Source: Isurus oxyrinchus
Taxonomy: Eukaryota
Assembly: GCA_026770705.1 (NCBI GenBank)
Contig: JANJGN010000071.1
Span: forward strand, 2,356,001-2,420,000
Direction: 5' to 3'
DNA: 64,000 nucleotides
Made by a program: the position numbers and the translations under genes. The notes under the pieces are model-generated. The model was not told where the DNA came from. It searched no databases and saw only the letters and a program-made list of their open reading frames with translations. How positions within the stretch are numbered: the stretch's first letter is position 1; every line of letters begins with the position of its first letter. This document shows, in pieces, positions 32,070 to 41,763 of the stretch.

Positions 32070-34641
32070 GTAATATCATCATCAGCTCGGACAGATTTAT
32101 GTTTAACAGTCTTTGTAAAAGATCATTCTTATCTCTTTATCTCTGTAACCTCCTGCAACTCACCCAAACAACTTCCCAGATCTCTGTGTTACTCCAATTC
32201 CGGCCTCTTGACCATCCCTCGATTCCCATCACTCCAATACTGGCGGCCGGGCCTTCAGCTGCCTGGGGCCTGAGCTCTGGAATTCACTCCCTAAACCTCG
32301 GGGATGGAGGAGCTCAGAGGGTTTCATTTTACTGAGAATCACCACGACCACATCACAGCTGCAGTCAGAATAGACAGAGAGTCCAGCCCTCACACTTCCT
32401 GCACAGTTTCACCATAGCAACCACAATATGGAAATTTAAAAATACTGAAAGTTAAACTGAAGCTCAAACCAGTCAGTGTAGAGAGATGAGATGTTTACAC
32501 AGTTTCCCTGTGTGTCTTGTAGACACTGTGTTGGGTGGAAGACTGGCTTCACTAAACAGGGTCCTGAGGACCATGAGCCAATGTAGAATGAACTTGTCCA
32601 CTCCTGTGTCCAGGATTCTCTTCCCTCCATTGTGAAACCTTGGGGAATTCCATGTGTGTCCTGTAGATGGTCCACACTGCAGCCACTGTGCCCCAGTGAT
32701 GGAGGGGGTAGATATCGAGTCTAGTGGATCTACAAACCATCCAGAGTTAAATATTGATATTTCTCTCCCCAGTTGGACTGTCACAAGAGTGGAAAGGTGA
32801 CACTCCACGAGAGGTGACAGCGCAGGAAGGCTCGTGTGTACAGATTCCATGTCATTACAGTTACTCATCAAATTTAGTAGGGAGATCGCGTGTCAGAATC
32901 TGGTTGAAAGGAATAGATGTGAATCCACAGCCGAAATGGTCTATAGCCTTTCACTCCGAAGGTCACAGTCACAGGGATCAAAGATTCCACCATCGGACCC
33001 GGCTGTCTGGAGACCTGAAAGATGGCGACTGTTCCCTGATTATAAACAACATCAGACGGGAAGATGCAGGACCTTATTTTTTCAGAATAGAATTTGACAA
33101 TGGTCCGAGCCATAACTATTACCCTGTAACCCAGCTTCACGTTTCTGGTAAGTGCTGTGTTATAATTACTCAACAATTCACATCCAACACTCAATGGGAA
33201 ATAACACAAACTGTGACGTTTACATATTAACACAAAACACAGCTTATTATAACACACTGTCTGATTCTCAATAACCTGGTGATAGCTTCCAGTTCAGTCC
33301 TAAAGCAACCTCTAATACTCACTTTAATATCAATGATGAAAAGCATTAACTGTATTATCAGGTTATCCACTCCAATCAATCTCTCCTGTCCTGTTTAAAA
33401 GTCTGACGTAACGATAAAAGAAAGATGTGTTTTTCTGCAGCGCAATTTACCACCTCAGGAGGATCCAAATCCCTTCACAGCCAATGAAATTATTCCTAAA
33501 TTGTAGTCACAGATGTAAAACACAGCAGGCAGTTTGTGCACAGCAAGATCCAACAAACCACAAGGTGCTAAATCACCTAGATCACTGAGGAAATGAAAAG
33601 CCAGTGAACAGAAACCTCTGGTCTGATGAAGAGTCATACGGACTCGAAACGTTAACCCTGGCTTCCTCTCCACTGATACTGTCAGACCTGCTGAGTCTTT
33701 CCAGCAATTTTTCTTTTTGTTTCAGATTTCCAGCATCCACAGTATTCTGCTTTTAACTCCAATCTCTGGTCTGAGCCTCTTCTCTCATCCAGTGTTCTCA
33801 ATTCACATGTCTCGGAGTGAACGTGTATTAAGCTGAGAGACAGAAACACTACTGCCAAAGAGCAAGAAAATCTTTCCTGATCATTGTAACCTCTCAGTTC
33901 TGATATCATCCTTGTAAAAGTGCTTTCTCTTGTGGGACTGTGATTTCTATTTGAACTGATGCTTCACGTTATATTTCTCTAAAAGGATCCATTCTCTGTC
34001 TGTTAGATTTCACAGATAAACCCACGATATTCCCTGCTGAAATTATTGCAGGAAAGCGTGTGGATGTAAGCTGCACCTTCAACACAACGTGCAATGGAAC
34101 AGCAGCACCTGTCTTAACCTGGGACACTCCCACTGACGTACCTGGATCAGTCTCAAACACTGTAACTCAGCATGGTGTCACTCTGACCTATACTTCTGTT
34201 CTGACCCTGATCCCATCACTCAAACACCATGGACACACTCTCAGCTGCAGAGTGAGATATCCATCTGTTTCATCGGAGCGGACCCTCGTACTAACTGTGC
34301 AAGGTAAGAATGGACACCCTTCATTCTACATTAGCTAGAAAGCTCTACATAGTACATTGCAAGATCCCACAACTGCATTGTATTTAGCAACAAATCAATA
34401 GTCTTTAACTGATACAAATTCACCTCTGACACTGCAGCAGTCCCTGAATACTGATTCTCCAACACTGCAGCACTCCCTCAGTACTGAGTCTTGTTCACAA
34501 TGAAATCTTTAATTGTTCTTAGATGCACCACAGAATCTCTCATTTACTTCGCTTGATATGATTAATGCTTCATCGATCAATATAATTGAGGGGTTCATAA
34601 CCATCACTGTGGAATGTGACTTAATGCAAACTTCAACATCA

Positions 34642-34711
<70 letters not shown>

Positions 34712-35619
34712 CAGAAACATACACAATCTCAACTCACACAAGCACACACACACACATGCATAGACAGACACACGTGCGCACACACACACAAACACACATG
34801 AGTGCGTGCACACACACAGATCCTTATTTTACAGAAACATACACACACAAGCCAACACACACATACACACACAAAAACATGTGGGTTCCTTCTCCTCTCC
34901 CAGTGCTGCACTGGAGTCTCAGTATCAGCTCCGAATCTGTGTTGAAGGAAGGTAAACTCCAGATCATCAAGACACTGAACTGCATGGAGCAACCTCCTGA
35001 ACAGTGAATTGTAGATTTACCCCTCAGTGCTCCATTGATCAAATACAATTCATTGCCTTTGAAGCCCTTGCGGACATCCTGAGGATCTGAAAGGGAGTTT
35101 CCTGCATTCTAGATGGACACCTCCACTGGTGGGAGAATGTAACTGCAGTGTGACAGTTTACATAGGCAGTGCCCATTGTAAATGTGAAATAAGTTCTTAT
35201 CCTGAGGGAATGTACCTGGAAATGCATTCAGACATCAGATACAGAGACATGATGCATGGAGTCTTGCTGTGCACTATATTTGCTCATATTAAAATCTTTC
35301 TATGTTTATAGATGCACCACGGAATCTCTCAATTACTTCTCTTGGTGTGATTAACGCTTTATCGATTGATGTAATTGAGGGGAATTCTGCAGTGATAATC
35401 TGCTCTGTCGAGAGCTTCCCAGCTTCTAACCTGACGTGGCGACATCTTAATGTCCCAATGAACAGAACAAGTTCCAACAATGAGCTGTGGTTGGTGATTC
35501 CTCACGTTACATCCAGGGACACTGGAGACTATGAGTGTGTGGCAGAGAATGAACATGGAGCAGTGGAGGGGTTCATAACCATCACTGTGGAACGTGAGTT
35601 ACTGCAAACTTCAACATCA

Positions 35620-35664
<45 letters not shown>

Positions 35665-38357
35665 ACACACATACTCATAAACATACACACACATTCACTC
35701 ATGCACAGAAATATACACAAAGACACACTCACATATGAGCAAACACATACACACACGCACACACAGACGCATGCGTGCATACTCACACAAACACACTCAC
35801 TTGTGCAGAAACATAAACACAAACACATACACACACATGAGGTCCCTCTCCTCTCTCAGTGCCGCACTGGAGTCTTGGTATCAGCTCTGATTCTGTGTTG
35901 AAGGAAGGTAAACTCCAGATCAGCAAGACCCTGAATTGGATGAGCAACCTCCTGAACAGAGAATTGTAGATTTACTCCTCAGTACTCCATCGATCAAATA
36001 CAATTCATTCCCGTAAATCCCTTGGCAAAATCCAGAGGATGTGAAAGTTTCTTTCATTCTAGGTGGACAGCACCTCTACTGGTGGGAGAATGTAACTGCA
36101 GTTTGACTGTTTACATAGGCAGTGTCCATTATAAATTTGACAGTGGAAGTTATAAGGAGGGAAGGTACCCGGAATTGCATACAGACATCAGATACAGAGA
36201 GATGATGCATGGAGTCTTGCTGTAAATTGAGCTTGCTCACATTAAACACTTGATTTGTTTTTAGATGCACCACAGGATCTCTCATTTACTTCGCTTGAAA
36301 TGATTAATGCTTCATCGATCAATATAATTGAGGGGAATTCTGCAGTGATAATCTGCTCTGTCGAGAGCTTCCCAGCTTCTAACCTGACGTGGCGACATCT
36401 TAATGTCCCAATGAACAGAACAAGTTGCAACAATGAGCTGTGGTTGGTGATTCCTCACGTTACATCCAGGGACACTGGAGACTATCTGTGTGTGGCAGAG
36501 AATGAACATGGAGCAGTGGAGGGGTTCATAACCATCACTGTGGAACGTGAGTGTACACAGACTTCAACATCTCTCTCAGATTCAAACATTACACAAACAC
36601 CCTCAAATATACAGAACTAAATAGACACGTGCAGACACACATGTATGAGCAATTACAAAGACACACTCACGAACAAACACACTAGCACACACTCCCCTGT
36701 GGTTTACCTGAGTACTGCACTGGAGAGTTGGCCAGGATTCTGGGATTTGTGTTCCCATTCATATTTATGGAAGAATATGGAAATTGCAAAGTCTATTACA
36801 GACACTCAGATGCATAGAGGCACTCACAGATACTCTCTGCCTCTCCAACTCTCTCTCTCCCTTTAAGAAGCTTCCTGAAAGCTAACCCTTCGAACAATCA
36901 CCGGTCCCAACTCCTCCTTATCTGATTCTGTGTGATTTTGTTTGTGCATCTGAGAGTAAGAGAGAGGTGGAGAGGTTTAGTTAGAGAATTCCTGCTGGTG
37001 AAAAGCTTACATCATTTACTCACCTTTCCAGTGCACATATTTCCCAGTATGTCCAATGCCCCTGTTTATAATGATGACTGCCTATGTAAACGTCACGCTT
37101 TAGTTACATTCTCCCACCAGTGGTGGCATTGTAGCACTTAATTCTTGTGTTTCCCAGCTTTTCAAGCAACTCCACTTCCCAGTTTGCTACACAAGCTGTG
37201 AGTTCATCAGAATTAAATTATTTCTCAAATGATAGATTTGATAATTCATTTTATTGAAAACTTCCTCAGCGCCTCCTTGAAGGGTTTACACACTCTGGGA
37301 AGCAGGAATAGGCTGGATGTTGGGGAGGTCATCTTTTCCCAGAGAGTAGGGATCCTTGAGAATGTGCTGTCAGTGGGTGTGGTAGTTCCTGTTTCTCTGT
37401 CGCCTTCAAGAGGGATCTGGAGTGGTTACTGACTGGGGGAGAGATCATAGAAGTGGAGAATGATACAGCACAGGAGGAGGCCATTCAGCCCATTGTGCCT
37501 GTGCCAGGTCTTTCAATGTTCTATCCAATCAGATCCACTAACCACCACTCCACTTTGCCACCATCATCCTCCTTCAAGTGTTTATCCAATTTCCCTTTTG
37601 AAAGTTCCTATTGCATCTGCTTCCAGCGCCCTTTCAGGCAGAACCTTCCAGATCACAACAACTCGCTCTGTCAAAACAAATTCTCCTCATCTCCACCTCC
37701 GGTTCGTCAATCTTGTCCCTCTGGTTACCGACCCTCCTGCCCCTTAAATACATCGATACTGTTCACCTCAACCACTCCCAGTGGGAGTGAGTTCCACATT
37801 CTCCCCTCTCTCTGGGTAAAGATTGGAACTGTTTATTAAGCGGGGGGTGTAAGTGCGTGGGGGAGTCCATCTCGATCCTGCCCGATTCACACACACGTCC
37901 GAGATGGATTTCCACGCTGCACTAAACGTTTCCAGAATTTTCTACAGCACAATCCTGTACACAGCGATGGAGAGAAACATTGGACAGGGAGTCCAACAGC
38001 ACAATGATCCATTCTCACCAATGTTCCACGCTAAGGGGAAAGTTCCGATTGTCCACTCTTAGAGTGTTTACAATGAAAACATTCATTCCACATTGAATCC
38101 CAGTGGATGGGTCAATATTACAGCAAATGTTGCAGTGATATGAAGCTTGATTGTTCAGCCAGAGTGAGAGATTGAAAGCGGAGAGTCAGTGATGATTTCT
38201 TTCTGTGTGTTCTCTAGACAGTGGAGGAGAGATTCTGCACGTGATCCTGATCCTGGGAATACGAGCTGTGATATTCCTTGTGGCTGTGGTTATCACTATC
38301 GCTGGAGTCTGTGTCTGGGAGAGACAAACAGTGAAAGGAAGTCGACAGACTGTTTGA
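32030..38357 (+). CDS. Siglec-like gene B, predicted activating receptor (L-V-C2-C2-C2-TM with Arg, short tail); about 471 aa
   Basis: Exons 32030-32069, 32773-33147, 34007-34303, 35312-35593, 36265-36546 and 38218-38357 are GT-AG, all phase 1, 1416 nt, no internal stop. Confidence 0.8.
32773..33147 (+). CDS. Gene B V-set exon (VGLS type, divergent B-C and C-C' region, YFFR)
   Basis: CCCCAG|TTGGAC ... TCTG|GTAAGT; 375 nt open frame. Confidence 0.9.
33623..33657 (+). ncRNA. Minimal hammerhead-like motif, sense orientation in a gene B intron
   Basis: CTGATGA-A-GAGTC-ATACG-GACTC-GAAAC-GTT; stem I pairing weak. Confidence 0.5.
34007..34303 (+). CDS. Gene B Siglec domain-2 C2 exon
   Basis: TTAG|ATTTCAC ... 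CAAG|GTAAGA; 297 nt; protein essentially identical to the gene A and C copies. Confidence 0.9.
34523..34615 (+). pseudogene. Internally deleted domain-3 exon copy (93-nt in-frame mini-exon)
   Basis: 189 nt lost between two GAGGGG hexamers relative to 35312-35593; acceptor intact; donor weakened to GTGACT. Confidence 0.8.
34644..34709. repeat. (CA)n microsatellite
   Basis: Pure CA run; a second run lies at about 35623-35660. Confidence 0.95.
35312..35593 (+). CDS. Gene B Ig C2 exon, domain-3 copy 1
   Basis: ATAG|ATGCAC ... GAAC|GTGAGT; 282 nt; IICSVESFPASNLTW...DTGDYECVAENEHG. Confidence 0.9.
36265..36546 (+). CDS. Gene B Ig C2 exon, domain-3 copy 2
   Basis: TTAG|ATGCAC ... GAAC|GTGAGT; 282 nt; 953 bp after copy 1. 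Confidence 0.9.
38218..38357 (+). CDS. Gene B TM/cytoplasmic exon: HSGGEILHVILILGIRAVIFLVAVVITIAGVCVWERQTVKGSRQTV*
   Basis: Acceptor TTTCTGTGTGTTCTCTAG|AC; phase-1 frame gives a long hydrophobic segment with one Arg (CGA 38262-38264) and TGA at 38355-38357. Confidence 0.8.
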
Positions 38358-38479
38358 AGCTTTGTACAGCAACAATCTGGTCAGTCAGTGCGGACAAATA
38401 ACGTGTGATGTTGGGTTAAGTGTAATGAAACTGGTCAGTGTCCTGGTTAGAATCACCTTCGTATCAGAGAGGCATTCCA

Positions 38480-39080
38480 GCACAGTGGGAGCCCATTCAG
38501 CCCATTGAGTCCATGCTGTCTCTCTGTGGAGCAATCCACTCAGTCCCATTCCCCCACTCTATCCCCATATCCCTGTGAGTTTATTTCCCCTCAAGTGTCC
38601 ATCCAATTTCCTTTTGAAATCATTCATCGTCTCCACTTCCACCATCCTCGTAGGCAGCGAGTTCCAGCTCATTACCACTCGCTGTGTAAAAAAGTTCCTT
38701 CTCACATCCCCCCTCTGCCCAAAACCTTCAATCTGTGTCCCCCAGTCCTTGTACCATCAGCTAATGGCAACAGCTTCTCTTTGTCTGCCTTATCTAAACC
38801 CATCATCATCTTGTACACCTCGATCAGATCCCCCCTCAATCTCCTTTGCTCCAAGGAGAACAACCCCAGCTTCTCCAACCCAACCTTGTAGCTAAAATCC
38901 CTCATCCCTGGACCCATTCTGCTCAATCTCCTCCCCACCCTCTCAAGGACCCTCACTTCCTTCCCAAAGTGAGGAGACCAGAACTGGACACAATACTCTA
39001 GTTGTGACCTAACCAGAGCTTTATAAATGTTCAGCATAACCTCCCTGTGTTTGTACTCAATCCCTCGATTTATGAAAAGC
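38480..39080 (-). mobile_element. CR1-type LINE 3' fragment
   Basis: YKALVRSQLEYCVQFWSPH..LERVGRR..LEKLGLFSLEQRRLRGDLIEVYKMM, the classic CR1 ORF2 C-terminus. Confidence 0.85.
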
Positions 39081-39096
39081 TTATTCTTTCCATCAG

Positions 39097-39439
39097 CACA
39101 AACAGCAATTTCCAAGCGGACTCCCATCAGCAGACAGAGTGTAATGAAACATCGGCATGCCTGCTTCTTAATGTACGGAGAGAAACCTGCAACGAGAGAT
39201 TCTCCTTCTTCTCCTCAGCAAGCTGAAACTTTTCCTTATACCTGGTGCTCCCCAGTCCTGCTGTGTGGACACATCATAACCACGGCATTGTCTGGCTGTG
39301 TGCAGCCAACATGGTCGAATAGGAATGAACAGAAATGTGACGTTGCTAAACTCTGTTCTCTGATTGGAATGTGCTTTCTGAATGCTGCACCTTTTTCATG
39401 CTGCAATAGATTGTAAGAAGCGCTTGTGTTATGAATAAA
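39097..39439 (+). other. Putative gene B 3' terminal segment with poly(A) signal
   Basis: Acceptor-like TTATTCTTTCCATCAG; shares the GCAGCCAACATGG... block with the 3' flanks of gene A (5150-5230) and gene C tail 2 (56870-57000); AATAAA at 39434-39439. Confidence 0.45.
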
Positions 39440-39789
39440 ATTACATTGATTAACACAAGTGATTAAAATGCTCAGGCTGTTCTGTAGATATTTATTGATT
39501 AAAATTCTTATTTTGCTGCCAAATTCTTGCCTCAAAGAAAAGCTTCTTGTTGTCACATTTTCTCTATTATATAAATTCCTGTGCCCATCCTTATAATAGA
39601 AATTTCCAATGTAAACATGTCACATTGTAGTTTCACAGTCCTGCCAGTGGTGGTGCCATTCCAAAGCTGTCCTGCTGCACAGACACAGTGAGAAATATTC
39701 TCGATGTGTACATGATGTTGTTGTTAAACAGACATCAGGCGGAACCTTGGGCAGTGCCTAGAATGCACTTGGGACAGTGCAGACCATGC

Positions 39790-40920
39790 TCAGAACTGAC
39801 AGTGCAGCGTTTCCTCAGTGCTGACCCTCCGTCAGTGCAGCGCTCCCTCATTACTGTCTCTCTGACAGTGCTGCACTACCTCATTATTGACCCTTTTCAA
39901 GTGCTTCACCCCGTCATCATTGACCTTCTGACCGTGCAGGATTCCCTCATGGCTGACACTCTGACAGTGCAGCACTCCCTGAATACTGACCCCCTGATAC
40001 TGTACCCCTCCATCACTAATGACTTTCCAACAGTTCAGCACTCCCTAGGTACAGACAATCTGACAGGGCAGCATTCCCTCAGTATTCAAACTCCCACTAT
40101 GCAGCTGTCCCTCAGGATTCTCCCCCCCACAGTGCAGCACTCCCTCAGTACTCTCCCTCCCACAGTGCAGCACTCCCTCAGTTCTCTCACTCCCACAGTG
40201 CATTACTCCCTCAGTACTCACCCTCCCAAAGTGCAGCAGTCCCTCAGTACTCACCCTCCCACAGTGCAGCACACCCTCAGTACTCACCCTCCCACAGTGC
40301 AGCAGTCCCTCAGTACTCTCCCTCCCACAGTGCAGCACTCCCTCAGTACTCACCCTCCCACAGTGCAGCACACCCTCAGTACTCACCCTCCCCCAGTGCA
40401 GCACTCCCTCAGTACTCACCTCCCACAGTGCTGTGTGAGTTGTTTAAATCAAGACTGGTGCACAAAGAGGGAGGTTTCAATGCTAAATCATTGAAATCGG
40501 TGAAAATTATTTTTAGGCTTACGAGAACAAGACTTAGTTCCTCAAATCCTTTCTTTAGCAATAACACACAGTACTAGAATCTCTGTTTAAATAAATTCCA
40601 GTTAAACTTTGCCATGAAAGGATATCTTCTCACACTCCTCTCTACCTCAGTACTAACCCTCCCACAGTCCGGCACTCCCTCAATACTGACCCTCCGACTG
40701 TGCAAATCTCACTCAGTACAGACCCGCTGACAGTTCAGCACTCCCTCATTACTGATCCTCTGACAGTGCAGCACTCCCTCATTAAGGACCCTCTTCCAGT
40801 GCAGCACTCCCACATTACTGTCCCTCTGACAGTGCAGCACTCCCACATTACTGACCTTCTGATAGTGCAGCACTCATTCAGTACTGACCCTCACACAGTG
40901 CAGCACTCCCTCAGTACTAT
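39790..40920. repeat. 33-bp minisatellite arrays (inverted paralogue of 25205-27530)
   Basis: CAGTGCAGCACTCCCTCAGTACTCACCCTCCCA units. Confidence 0.9.
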
Positions 40921-41129
40921 ACCCCTGTCAACATGTATCATACGGCCAGAGACCTGTATTGGGAACTCTATCACCTGCACTTCAGCCTCTGAGGTGAGGG
41001 GGAGGGGTCTAATCCCACGGAGCCAATGGAGAAGCTTGATGACTACAGCTGCCCAAATATGAGCTGACAGATCACACATGGTAAACGTTTTGCTGAGAGC
41101 ACAAAACATCCTCGATCTTCTCACTGGTT

Positions 41130-41273
41130 ACCCACTTCCTCATTTTGTCTCACAGTGACACATCCACCCTTTCTAATTAAATACACAGAGGGAGCAGCAA
41201 AGGAAGAGGTCATTCAGCCCAAGCAGAGCGTGTGGGCAGTTCCTCCCCAGGCGAGCAGTCGGACATGTCCTGG
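41130..41273 (+). promoter_or_regulatory. Gene C putative promoter and exon 1
   Basis: CACTTCCTC at 41133-41141; donor CTGG|GTAAGT after 41273. Confidence 0.55.
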
Positions 41274-41723
41274 GTAAGTAACAGAACGATTGGAATTCAC
41301 TTCCACCACCAACACTGTCCTTTGTTGATGTTGTGACTTTATAAAGACAGATTCCAATGATTGATGCCTTTGAAAGATTTCTACTGATTATTGAGATCAG
41401 GGTGTGAGGCTCAAGTCTGTTGTACAGAACATCTTTCTAGCTCAAGGGATGAGGGAAGTGCAGAGACATGAGCTTTGGGACATCCTGAGGTGGTGAAAGG
41501 TGCTATAGAAATGCAAGTCCTTCATTGTGTTACTTTCTTAAAGCCTTGTAACTCTCTGCAGAGCACCTATCATCCCACAGAGAATCAAATTAATCTGTGA
41601 AGACATTGTCTAAGAGCAGTTCTGATCTCTCGAGAGCATTCAGACAAGAGGTGAGGTCTCATTAACTCCTTTCTCTTTCAGAACTTCAGAGTTAGAAGCT
41701 GAGGAAATATCTGGGAGTAGACA

Positions 41724-41763
41724 ATGATCGGGAAATCTTACTTCCTCCTGTCACTTCTCCAAG
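41724..41763 (+). CDS. Gene C leader exon
   Basis: MIGKSYFLLSLLQ; donor CAAG|GTAATA. Confidence 0.85.

Noticed and set aside
33148-33230. Conserved C-terminal extension GKCCVIITQQF...TFTY after every V exon
   Set aside because: Read-through past a consensus GTAAGT donor; conservation is explained by recent duplication of the intron.
36070-36100. CTCF site in the recurring CCAGTRGWGGTGC module
   Set aside because: The core is one base short of the CCASYAGRKGGC consensus, so it cannot be supported by eye.
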